Shown here one piece after another: positions 37,135 through 45,921 of a DNA stretch of 49,870 nt. Position numbers and translations under genes: made by a program. The notes under the pieces were generated by a model. That model did not search any database. It worked only from the letters and a program-made list of their open reading frames with translations, and was not told the DNA's origin. The DNA lies in the IMG/VR virus record IMGVR_UViG_3300025133_000167, positions 1 to 49,870 of that record, one strand, 5' to 3'. How positions within the stretch are numbered: position 1 is the stretch's first letter; each line of letters starts with the position of its first letter. Source of the stretch: a virus. Taxonomy: Duplodnaviria > Caudoviricetes.

Positions 37135-37482
37135 TTAGTCCTTTCTAATTGTTCTTCCCTCTTTTGCTGCAGATGTATGTACTCTTTCTTTTACTTTATC
37201 CACATGATTCCTCCAAGCATTACTGCTGGCGCTTAGTATCTCTACATCAGGATTAGCTCTCTGATACTTATCCCAGTCAGACTTATTTTCAAATGTTCGT
37301 CCGATCTGTCCTACTTCTAAAGGTTTAGAAAATGTAGGTCCTACAGTATGGACAGCACTAATCAAACGAATGACCGGCGCATGGCAGTCAGGACAAATCA
37401 TCTTGTCTAAATCTGCCAGCAAACAAAATACATCATTAAAATAACCACACCCTTCAGGGCATTTCACATCATAAGTCGGCAT
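37135..37482 (-). CDS. FmdB-family zinc-ribbon protein
   Basis: MPTYDVKCPEGCG...CPDC...RLIS. Confidence 0.85.
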   Translation of the reverse strand: MPTYDVKCPEGCGYFNDVFCLLADLDKMICPDCHAPVIRLISAVHTVGPTFSKPLEVGQIGRTFENKSDWDKYQRANPDVEILSASSNAWRNHVDKVKERVHTSAAKEGRTIRKD

Positions 37483-38270
37483 TATTGCTCCCCTGGGGCG
37501 TCAGCACGTTTAATTTGTGGATAACCATCCTCACTTCTAGCCCCTGGTGTAACTTCCCAATATTGTCCGTCAGCATCTTGAAAGAAAACATGTTCGGCCC
37601 CTGCCTGATCGTCCTCAAAATTAGGATAGTAGTCCTTAAACTGAAGTGACTGTGGCTCTACCTGTAACTCTTTACCCAACAAATCACGAGCATCAATGAC
37701 ATGAGTACCAATGTCACTTGCAGGGTTAGCCTTCTGATACTCAACAAGCTTGGGCTGATTACCCCGCCAGATAGTATCTTCTAATTGCTTGAAATAGGAC
37801 TTGGAGACAAACTCCGGGGGGTCCATATATGCGCGATCATTTATATATTTGATAGGAGTCATTACATCAGGTTCCGTAAGCATCGACGTGACGGCACCTT
37901 GGGATAAGTCACCTACTGTGGGGGCCACAGCCTTTAGCCACTCTAACGCCCCCAAATCTTCCGAAGTCGAGGATGTAGGCTGTTTATCCCCCATGTAACG
38001 GGTATACTCTTTTGAGCCTTGTTGTTCAGGAAGTAGCCTAATCCCCTTATCTTCAAAGCCTACAACAGCATCCCCTTCAGGAGTGTAATCCCCTACGTAA
38101 AGTTTCTTAGGGGCTACTCCGGGTGAGCCCACCATCGCAAAGGACTTTTGGGGGTCTTCCGAGTCTTGACTGATAACATTTAAATCCCACGAATGCTTAC
38201 GTTGAGGCTCGGCAGTCTCCCCAAGAGCTTTGCTAGCCGCTTCTTCACGGATAGTTTTAGCATCAGCCAT
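37482..38270 (-). CDS. Hypothetical acidic protein with N-terminal scaffold-like motif
   Basis: 262 aa; starts MADAKTIREEAASKAL. Confidence 0.75.
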   Translation of the reverse strand: MADAKTIREEAASKALGETAEPQRKHSWDLNVISQDSEDPQKSFAMVGSPGVAPKKLYVGDYTPEGDAVVGFEDKGIRLLPEQQGSKEYTRYMGDKQPTSSTSEDLGALEWLKAVAPTVGDLSQGAVTSMLTEPDVMTPIKYINDRAYMDPPEFVSKSYFKQLEDTIWRGNQPKLVEYQKANPASDIGTHVIDARDLLGKELQVEPQSLQFKDYYPNFEDDQAGAEHVFFQDADGQYWEVTPGARSEDGYPQIKRADAPGEQ

Positions 38271-38515
38271 TACTCTTTACGCTCTTTAGCAAGCTTACCC
38301 ATGTTAGCCGCAAACTGGGCACGCTTAACCGTTTCCCCGCTATAATCATCTTTATTCGCCAAGACATGCCGTGCGAATTCTTGCACATTATCATAGCCTG
38401 CAGATTTTGCTTGGGCTGTAAAGGCTCCTACGGTGCCCTTTTCTTCCATGCGTTCTCGTGCTTTTGCCAGTGAATTAGATGCTGCAGTGTCACGAATGGT
38501 TTTAGCATCAGCCAT
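38270..38515 (-). CDS. Small helical protein with N-terminal scaffold-like motif
   Basis: 81 aa; starts MADAKTIRDTAASNSL; GAFTAQAK...VQEFARHVLANK...KRAQFA domain. Confidence 0.75.
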   Translation of the reverse strand: MADAKTIRDTAASNSLAKARERMEEKGTVGAFTAQAKSAGYDNVQEFARHVLANKDDYSGETVKRAQFAANMGKLAKERKE

Positions 38516-38517
38516 AA

Positions 38518-40089
38518 TTACTCCCCTTCTTGAGTTGCCATCTTATCATGTATCTCTTTTGCCCCTATCGCGCCCCCGGCCACACCGTATGTGATGCGTG
38601 GGTCTGTTGGGTCGAATGTCCCCTGGTTCCCAGTAGCAGACTTCACTTGTTTGGGGTCAAAAACCATATAATGATATGTCCCACGGTCTAGCCCCTCCAT
38701 CCCCCCATAGGTTACTCCCTGGTACTTACTTGGTCCAAAATAGTGATAAGCATCAGCGATAATACCGTCATAGCCCATCTTCTCGAACACATCTTTAATG
38801 AAAGCACTATTTACGAGATCTCCAGTATCCATATCCGTAATATATATCTCACCGTCTTTGACAAACTTTACTAGATCTACTGCATCCACCCCTTCATATT
38901 CAGAATTGATAAACTCTTTTAGTGCACCAATATCTTCCGATGAAACATCATAGTCATAAGCTACGTCATCAATAGCCTCGAACAAACTCTCAACGGCACC
39001 TTCTTCATCTATAATATTTCCTTCAGTGTCATAGATGAACTCCCGGTCAAAAAACGTCCGACCTTTTTTCCCTGAAGGGTCTAAATAAACTGGGTTATCC
39101 ATCTTGGCATAAGTCTTTAGTACCGACCATGCTTGATCACCAAAAACATGCCTCTTAGCCATTCTTCTAATCAATTCTACTTCAAGCATGTCAGAAACTT
39201 CACCGCTCGATAAACCTTGAGTATCTGTTGTGCTAAGAAGTTCCTCAAGTTGTGCTATTTCCGTTTTATACTTACGCCCATATGAATACTTAGAAGTAAG
39301 TTCTTTGTGTAACTCTTCCGCACTTTTTAGAATTAGCTTGTCATAAGCAGGGTCTAAGTCTGCAAGCCCGCCATCAAGAGATTCAACCGCATCCGTCAAC
39401 CTCTCCCGCATCCGTTCAAAGTTGATTTCAGCATCAGGAGCATTCGCACGGGTATAGTTACGATTTACGTCTTGAGGACTATCACTAAAATAAATAGCGT
39501 CACCGAAGGCCCCTCTTTGACTCCCAGGTTTAAATTGATCAAACTTATGGGGGGTGCCATGAAAAAGCTCAATAGGCTCGCCAGCGTCATCTACTACCTT
39601 AGACTTCCCAAACCAGTTCTTAAATTGAGGTAATTTAGTTATTCCTCCTGTGGGAATAAAAGGTAAAGCAGCTTTACCCACCATACCTAAGCCTACTGCA
39701 GCTTTCCCAATTGCAGTGTCTGCGGCAACCTCTGTCGCAGCAGCTTTCACAAATGCTTTTTTGGCCTCGTGTGTACTCTTAGGAGTAAGCATACGCCGAT
39801 TCAAGTCGCCCGGATGAATACCTGGAGCTTCAGCTAATCTCTCTTGTTTCTCTAGTGCCGGGTCTGGATTCTCTAGCGCCCAATCTTGTGCTTCTGCTAG
39901 GGGGCCTTTAATAAGCTTAGAAGCTTCTTCTAGCCGTGAGCCTAAGCTTTGTTTTCGTGGTTCTTCAACAGGTTCTTCCCACGTAGTTCCTACAGGATCT
40001 TCGCTAGCTTCCCCTCCTCCAAAAGTAGACGTTTCGCCTAATGCTTTCCGAGCAGCTTCTAAGCTTAGCTTTCTATGAGGGGAAGCCAT
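38518..40089 (-). CDS. ADP-ribosyltransferase-like protein (ART-PolyVal type)
   Basis: FKNWFGKSKVVDDAGEP..FHGT, GDAIYFS, Y..M.NP, GYDGII, VFDPKQVKSATGNQGTFDP motifs. Confidence 0.75.
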   Translation of the reverse strand: MASPHRKLSLEAARKALGETSTFGGGEASEDPVGTTWEEPVEEPRKQSLGSRLEEASKLIKGPLAEAQDWALENPDPALEKQERLAEAPGIHPGDLNRRMLTPKSTHEAKKAFVKAAATEVAADTAIGKAAVGLGMVGKAALPFIPTGGITKLPQFKNWFGKSKVVDDAGEPIELFHGTPHKFDQFKPGSQRGAFGDAIYFSDSPQDVNRNYTRANAPDAEINFERMRERLTDAVESLDGGLADLDPAYDKLILKSAEELHKELTSKYSYGRKYKTEIAQLEELLSTTDTQGLSSGEVSDMLEVELIRRMAKRHVFGDQAWSVLKTYAKMDNPVYLDPSGKKGRTFFDREFIYDTEGNIIDEEGAVESLFEAIDDVAYDYDVSSEDIGALKEFINSEYEGVDAVDLVKFVKDGEIYITDMDTGDLVNSAFIKDVFEKMGYDGIIADAYHYFGPSKYQGVTYGGMEGLDRGTYHYMVFDPKQVKSATGNQGTFDPTDPRITYGVAGGAIGAKEIHDKMATQEGE

Positions 40090-40103
40090 ATTAACTCTCT
40101 AAA

Positions 40104-41924
40104 TTAGAATGGGGCACCCTTAAAGCCTTGTGACGCGCCTTGGAAACCTGATTGAACTCCGGGTTGAGCCGGGGCCGGTGAGCCGGGTCCTCCTGCTGGC
40201 ATCGGTATAGGAGCAGGTTCCTGTGTCCCAAGAGGCAGATCTCCACCTGCCATCGAAGGATCTTGGGGTGCTCCCGGTGCTGGGGGCATTCCTGCTGCTT
40301 GTGGCATCTGCTGTGTCGGTGGCTGATTCGTCAACAAAATCTCTGATAAACCTAATAAGTCTAAAAGCTTAACAACTAGCTTTTCTTTATCGACTTGAGG
40401 AGATTCAACCAATAATGGCATGTATTGCTGGATCTTTTGTAGTTGAACCAATCGATGATTTTCAGTCGGACTATACGGTACTGCATCATAATCAAAATCC
40501 ATTGGATGCTCATAAGGAGATCTTTCCTCACGCACCCCAAGGGCTTCACGGGTAATAGTTAAGACTTCCCGACTATCGGTTAATCTCACTGGAAGCATCG
40601 TATCTTCATGCAAGAACTCTTCATAAAGCCCAATGACCATATTCCCAAGAGCACGCACAATATCCTCAACTGCCTTGATGCGTCGTCCATTACGTGTACG
40701 TGTTGCTGTGTCAGCTAAAGCTACTTCAGTAGCCACATCAGCCACACCTACCACCCCACGGCTGTATTGAGGGATACCTAAGATAAACTCTACCGTTTGA
40801 GTACAACGATCTCTCATATGATTAAAAGACGGTTGGAATTGCGGAGTAGGCGTTTGCCCAATTAAATCCCGCAAAGGTGCGTTAGCTTTCCCCATCACTG
40901 CTACCATCGACCCCGGTTCATTGGCATCTCGAAGGGCTGTAGTCAAAGACTCCGGGTTATCCACTAGCCCTGTATTTACTAGCAATACCGGCGTAGAGGA
41001 GTGCGCGTGCCATAACTCCAACGTATCGATCTCGTTAAGACGCTCTTGGATTGACGCAATAAGTTTAACATCACTAACCCCACCAAGATCTAACATGTTG
41101 TCGTTAAAGATCAGTTGGGTAAAAGGATTACGCACATAACGATAAGGAAGTTCCCCATCGAACAATGGCTCTTCTATCCCATCTAACATATGATAATAGC
41201 GCCCATCACCTTCAAAATCATACACTTCATAGACCGTAACCCAGTCATATACTTCTTTTGAAGCACTATTAAGCATCGATTTATTACGGATTGTATCTCG
41301 TAACCATGCAGGATAACCCCCAAAAGAAGCCTTCTCTGCTACCTTTGCATTATAGGTTGCTCCCTTACGCCCTTTCTTCTTTGTTCGACGTTTAAATTCA
41401 GCTTTCGTTAGTACAGTGACTTCAATAAGATACCGAATATCCTCCCAACGTGGTGCTGCAAGATCGTAGAAAACATAACGGGGATCTACAACGAAAAAAT
41501 CAACTGTCTCGGTTTTAAAATTCCAAATAGATTTAAAGAATCCCCTGCCGCATAAAGCAGTATTTGTGGCGACTTTCCAAAGTAATTGGTGGGTTTTATT
41601 CCGCTTTAATGTGTCGTTAATTAATGCTTCACGAAATTGAGCTACTTCCCGTAACGCCTCCCGTCGAGCAAATACGGTGACTTGTGGATTCGTGGGACAA
41701 ACATTCGCGATCATTGTATCGATATATGCGTAAGGATAATTTGTCTCAAAGTTAATTTCGTCTTCGCTAGTGCCTTCCATTGAGCCCGCAGGCAAATCAG
41801 TTGACGACTTCCAATACTCGGACAAATACCAACTTCGATACTTATCCCAGTAATTACGCTCGGTGTTACTTCGAGTCTTATGGGTTTCAATTATACCACG
41901 AAGTTGCTGATGCGTTAACGCCAT
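40104..41924 (-). CDS. Portal protein
   Basis: 606 aa between terminase and capsid genes; VDPRYVFYD, VYEVYD, ATEV motifs; Pro/Gln-rich tail. Confidence 0.85.
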   Translation of the reverse strand: MALTHQQLRGIIETHKTRSNTERNYWDKYRSWYLSEYWKSSTDLPAGSMEGTSEDEINFETNYPYAYIDTMIANVCPTNPQVTVFARREALREVAQFREALINDTLKRNKTHQLLWKVATNTALCGRGFFKSIWNFKTETVDFFVVDPRYVFYDLAAPRWEDIRYLIEVTVLTKAEFKRRTKKKGRKGATYNAKVAEKASFGGYPAWLRDTIRNKSMLNSASKEVYDWVTVYEVYDFEGDGRYYHMLDGIEEPLFDGELPYRYVRNPFTQLIFNDNMLDLGGVSDVKLIASIQERLNEIDTLELWHAHSSTPVLLVNTGLVDNPESLTTALRDANEPGSMVAVMGKANAPLRDLIGQTPTPQFQPSFNHMRDRCTQTVEFILGIPQYSRGVVGVADVATEVALADTATRTRNGRRIKAVEDIVRALGNMVIGLYEEFLHEDTMLPVRLTDSREVLTITREALGVREERSPYEHPMDFDYDAVPYSPTENHRLVQLQKIQQYMPLLVESPQVDKEKLVVKLLDLLGLSEILLTNQPPTQQMPQAAGMPPAPGAPQDPSMAGGDLPLGTQEPAPIPMPAGGPGSPAPAQPGVQSGFQGASQGFKGAPF

Positions 41925-41925
41925 T

Positions 41926-42372
41926 CTATCCTCGCTTTAACGCCGATCGTGCAGCATTAAGCCGTTGTGTCCCTAGATGTTCAGGACGTGATTGTAAGGG
42001 TTCAAGCTTGGCCATAATTGGAGATCCCATGACCATTGGTCCACTTGATTCTTTTTCTTCAATTGCTTCTTTAACCTTCTTCGCGATTTCAAGAAATTTA
42101 CCCCCAGCCTTTTCTTTGGGCTCTTTGGTCTCTTTGTCTTCTTTAGGCTCTGACAACTTCTTTTGAATAACTTTTTTAGTTTTATCTTTGAAGCGTGTCT
42201 CTACTGCGCCTTTTTTATTTGAAGGTAGGTCTTTGGTTGACTTAACCGTAACCTCCCCTCGTGGACCTGGGCCTGGGTCATTTAGAATTGAACGGTCCAC
42301 GGGCTTTTTCGCTTGCACTTTTGGATTAAATTTAGGAGTCGGTGCAATACTCCCAGTAGTTGTCATAGCCAT
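41926..42372 (-). CDS. Lys-rich low-complexity protein with C-terminal scaffold-like motif
   Basis: 148 aa; ends QRLNAARSALKRG. Confidence 0.7.
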   Translation of the reverse strand: MAMTTTGSIAPTPKFNPKVQAKKPVDRSILNDPGPGPRGEVTVKSTKDLPSNKKGAVETRFKDKTKKVIQKKLSEPKEDKETKEPKEKAGGKFLEIAKKVKEAIEEKESSGPMVMGSPIMAKLEPLQSRPEHLGTQRLNAARSALKRG

Positions 42373-42968
42373 TATTTTTTATCCCCCAACAGACTTTTTA
42401 TATCTTCAGCAGTTCTTCCAAGTGAGTCGGCTTCATCTCTAAGCGGTGTCTCTTTGGGGGTCTCTCTCCAAACACCCTGCTTGGGCAGTCGCCTTAGCTG
42501 AGGCTCTTGTTCACTTACCTCATCCCAACTACTTACTGCTTTTTCTAGCTGTGACTTAAATTCAGGTGAAAGCGTAATAAGCCCGTCGTTCCCAAGTTGA
42601 AGGAGACTCTCAGATACCCCAGCGTTGCTGACCGTACTAGAACCTAAGAAGCCAATGTCACCAAAATACTTCTTTAATAAAAGACCCGTATCCCTGTTTT
42701 GTTGCCAGTATTTGTCTTGTTCAGTATCTGCTTGTTCCCAAGCGCTGTCCTGCATTTTTAAAGCTGTTTGGTAAGCATCGGCAGCGTTTTCCCCTCCTAT
42801 TGGAGAAGAGGCTACCTCCACTTCATCCGCAAGCACTTTAACTTTACCCGGCATATTATCCGGGTCCCGCATAGCCTCTTCGTTAGTGACCGAAGTATCC
42901 GGTTCCCATTTATCGAGTGCTTTCTCCGCCGCTTTTTTACGGATGTCAGAAGCATTATAATCAGCCAT
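42372..42968 (-). CDS. Hypothetical acidic protein with N-terminal scaffold-like motif
   Basis: 198 aa; starts MADYNASDIRKKAAEKAL. Confidence 0.7.
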   Translation of the reverse strand: MADYNASDIRKKAAEKALDKWEPDTSVTNEEAMRDPDNMPGKVKVLADEVEVASSPIGGENAADAYQTALKMQDSAWEQADTEQDKYWQQNRDTGLLLKKYFGDIGFLGSSTVSNAGVSESLLQLGNDGLITLSPEFKSQLEKAVSSWDEVSEQEPQLRRLPKQGVWRETPKETPLRDEADSLGRTAEDIKSLLGDKK

Positions 42969-44677
42969 TAGCGTTTCCTCCGATAACGGGCACGTTTACG
43001 TTTTGATACCTTATCTGATTGAGACTGCTTACGATAATCTTGAACTTGATCCCACGTCATGTCTCTAAATAAAACTACGTTTTTAAGGTGGTCTTCCCCG
43101 CTCGAAACTTTATAGCGAGAGGGAGAGCGACGGGCAGCAGTGACCGCCATTTGTAATGCCGATATTTTATCCCAGTGGTGTCGATTCCGGCGTCTCTTAC
43201 CCGCCCCATCTCCGTATAAAATCTCATGAGTAACCGCACGCTCCACCCGTTTATCGTGTTTATACCCTGTTAATTGGTCTACAGTGTCAGCGTCATTGAG
43301 CACCAATTCATCTTTTAAAGCTTCTTGTAGCCAGCTTAACATTTGGTCTACTGACTTTGACGTAGCGGTGATCCCTGGTCGATAAGCTTTCTCATAGTAA
43401 ACATTCTTACACTCCATCTCTTCTAGCAGTGCAAGAACTGCAGCCCCGACCCCGTTTGACTCAACTGCAACAACCGCATGGTTGTAATATCTGGCTGTCT
43501 GCAAAATCTTTCGTGTAAAAGGCAGCGGCTCTGTATGATCTGCAAAGCAAGCTACTTGCGTCCACTCCCCATCGTAAACTTTGAGTACCTGAAATGCAGC
43601 ATGGTCGCGAGCAGCATAGCCAGCAGGGTCCACTCCGATGACATAGATAGCCCCCTCCTCTGGTTTCTCATACTCTTGATAAGGACCTACCCACTGAACT
43701 AAGGGACGGTCCCGATGCTTTTTTAAGAGTGAACTGTGGATCACTGATGAAGAAGAAGTCAGCCAACAACTTACATCGTCAGAAGGATAATACACATTAA
43801 ACAAGTCGGGGTTACGACGGATCTCCGGGTCAATCTCTAACATTAGACGACGAAAAGCTAAGTTCTCTTTCTTCAGACCTAACGCCCCATATCGGTCTAA
43901 TAACCTAATCTCTTCTAAATCTAATGCTGCTTCTTTAGGCCAAGGACGTTGGTTTAACTTGCCATCCCAGAAAGGGAAAAACGCATAGACGCTTCGCCCG
44001 ATACCCTTCTTCGCATCCCGACACTGATCGTGCCACCACTCCGCAGAAGGCGCATCAAGAGGCGCAGGGGTCGATTCAAGCACCATCAATGAGTGATCCC
44101 GGTTAATCATCGAAGGGTAAATCAACGTGTATTGTTCACCAGCATTTGCCCAATAGGGTACTTCTGAAGCATGAAAAGAGTCAGGTGACTGACCAATACC
44201 AACCGCTCCTGATTCACCCGAAAGGACTCGAAGCTTACCACCTGCTGTGCCCTTAAACGTTAGCTGCCTGCTCTCGCGGTTAGGCACAGTAGGAGAGCGT
44301 AATGAGTCAGGCCACCGAGCGTGACAAAAGTGAACCCGACTATGCAAATACTCTGCACGCTTCTTATTATCTGCGATACAAACGTGGTCCCATCCAGGGG
44401 TGTAAGCTGTCTTAGCATACGCGCATAATTCAACGACAAGTGATTTACCCCCCTGCCGATACCCCAACAAGGTCAGCCATTTTGTCTGCCCGTATTCAGT
44501 TAAGGGGGGCTCTGAAAAATACGATAAGATTGTAGACTGAAGCGTCTTCGTAATTTTAAACGGGTCAAAAGGTACTTCACAACCAGTCGATTGATCATGA
44601 ACTTTCCCGTATGCTCTTAGACTCAACGAAGGATCTGCAAGTGCATCGAGTGCATCTTTAGCAGATAAATTATTCAT
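42968..44677 (-). CDS. terL: Terminase large subunit
   Basis: Walker A variant YRQGGKS, Walker B FHASE, coupling motif LEST, nuclease IGVDPA, VESNGVG. Confidence 0.92.
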   Translation of the reverse strand: MNNLSAKDALDALADPSLSLRAYGKVHDQSTGCEVPFDPFKITKTLQSTILSYFSEPPLTEYGQTKWLTLLGYRQGGKSLVVELCAYAKTAYTPGWDHVCIADNKKRAEYLHSRVHFCHARWPDSLRSPTVPNRESRQLTFKGTAGGKLRVLSGESGAVGIGQSPDSFHASEVPYWANAGEQYTLIYPSMINRDHSLMVLESTPAPLDAPSAEWWHDQCRDAKKGIGRSVYAFFPFWDGKLNQRPWPKEAALDLEEIRLLDRYGALGLKKENLAFRRLMLEIDPEIRRNPDLFNVYYPSDDVSCWLTSSSSVIHSSLLKKHRDRPLVQWVGPYQEYEKPEEGAIYVIGVDPAGYAARDHAAFQVLKVYDGEWTQVACFADHTEPLPFTRKILQTARYYNHAVVAVESNGVGAAVLALLEEMECKNVYYEKAYRPGITATSKSVDQMLSWLQEALKDELVLNDADTVDQLTGYKHDKRVERAVTHEILYGDGAGKRRRNRHHWDKISALQMAVTAARRSPSRYKVSSGEDHLKNVVLFRDMTWDQVQDYRKQSQSDKVSKRKRARYRRKR

Positions 44678-45095
44678 CGTTGACTACGATACGTTCTGGT
44701 TCAGATTCAATTGGAATTGCATCCACCACAGTGTAGGAAGCTTCTAAACGAGGGGCTTCTCGTCGTACCGAAACCAGTGCAGTAATCACATCTGAATAAG
44801 CTGCTTCTGGAGTACCTTGGGCTGCGTTTTTAGTGGCGACAATTGTAAACATCAACTCGGCATATCGTCGGGCTTCTCGTGCAATTGCTGGGGTGATATT
44901 GCCTTCGATTAATTCTGCAAGTAAGATTTGAGAAAAACTAATTAAGTCGTCATAATCTTTAACTTCATGTTTCTTTAGCAACCCTGCAATCATCTCCCGT
45001 TTTTCAGCAGGGACGAGAGTAAGCCAACTTCGATATTCCGGGCCTTCGCCTGACGGTGCTGAACGTTGTACTCTCGGACTAGTTTTTCGCGCCAT
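44670..45095 (-). CDS. Probable terminase small subunit
   Basis: 141 aa helical protein directly upstream of and overlapping terL; positional inference. Confidence 0.45.
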   Translation of the reverse strand: MARKTSPRVQRSAPSGEGPEYRSWLTLVPAEKREMIAGLLKKHEVKDYDDLISFSQILLAELIEGNITPAIAREARRYAELMFTIVATKNAAQGTPEAAYSDVITALVSVRREAPRLEASYTVVDAIPIESEPERIVVNDE

Positions 45096-45921
45096 TCTGT
45101 CTCCTTTGGCTATACAACCCTAACCAATTTTTGTGTAAACCGGGCCTAAACCCTCGACGTTGTTTTAGATGCCCATCACGGACAAAAGACCAAAAGTAAG
45201 GTGAATCAGTTAACAACTTTACCATGTCGTTTGTTAAAAGATGTTCCCCCTTTACTAAAGTTGACTGGATCTCCAACTTCTTTAACATGCCTACATCCAG
45301 GTTAATCGGCCAAAACGTTTTAGACCAATCAATTTTTGCACACCACAATTGGAATTGGGGCACCGCACAAAGCACCTTCAAATCTTGGAACATTTCTTCT
45401 TCAATAAGCTCTCTAGCTTCCCCTGTTATCCGCACAAGTTGAGGAATACTCATCCCAAAGCAATAGGCACGTAAGTAAAATATCCCCTTTGATCTAAATT
45501 TTATCCCCCCGAAGTTCCCTTTCTCGACACATGCAAACTCATAAGGTGTTGGGGGAGGGACTACCCCGAAGGCTTCTTTTAGGAAACGTGGATAAGTTCT
45601 AGGTGCATGGTATGCTGTAGGGGTAAGGAACCATGCTAGCATTTCAGGAGTTTGAGATAGCCAGTCTGCTATCTCTTTACGCTGATCGGGAAAGGCACTC
45701 ACGGGTCTGTACCATTTAAAGCGTCTCTTCCTATATTTCTGGCAGTATTCTAAGATGATCTCATGGGCTCTACTGAAGAATGTCACCTGCTTTTTCCCGC
45801 TCTCTGCTCGTATTGCCATATGCAAAATTGGGTGATGAAAAGGCTTTGTCGTAGGCGGAAAATCCCCAGGATGAATGCGTAGTGTTCTTTGGTAAGGTCG
45901 CTTAGACTTAGGTGCCGTCAT
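45079..45921 (-). CDS. Basic protein with sigma70 region-4-like HTH; candidate late transcription regulator
   Basis: IFYLRAYCFGMSIPQLVRITGEARELIEEEMFQDLKVL resembles a region 4 HTH; upstream of the terminase genes. Confidence 0.45.
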   Translation of the reverse strand: MTAPKSKRPYQRTLRIHPGDFPPTTKPFHHPILHMAIRAESGKKQVTFFSRAHEIILEYCQKYRKRRFKWYRPVSAFPDQRKEIADWLSQTPEMLAWFLTPTAYHAPRTYPRFLKEAFGVVPPPTPYEFACVEKGNFGGIKFRSKGIFYLRAYCFGMSIPQLVRITGEARELIEEEMFQDLKVLCAVPQFQLWCAKIDWSKTFWPINLDVGMLKKLEIQSTLVKGEHLLTNDMVKLLTDSPYFWSFVRDGHLKQRRGFRPGLHKNWLGLYSQRRQNGAKN

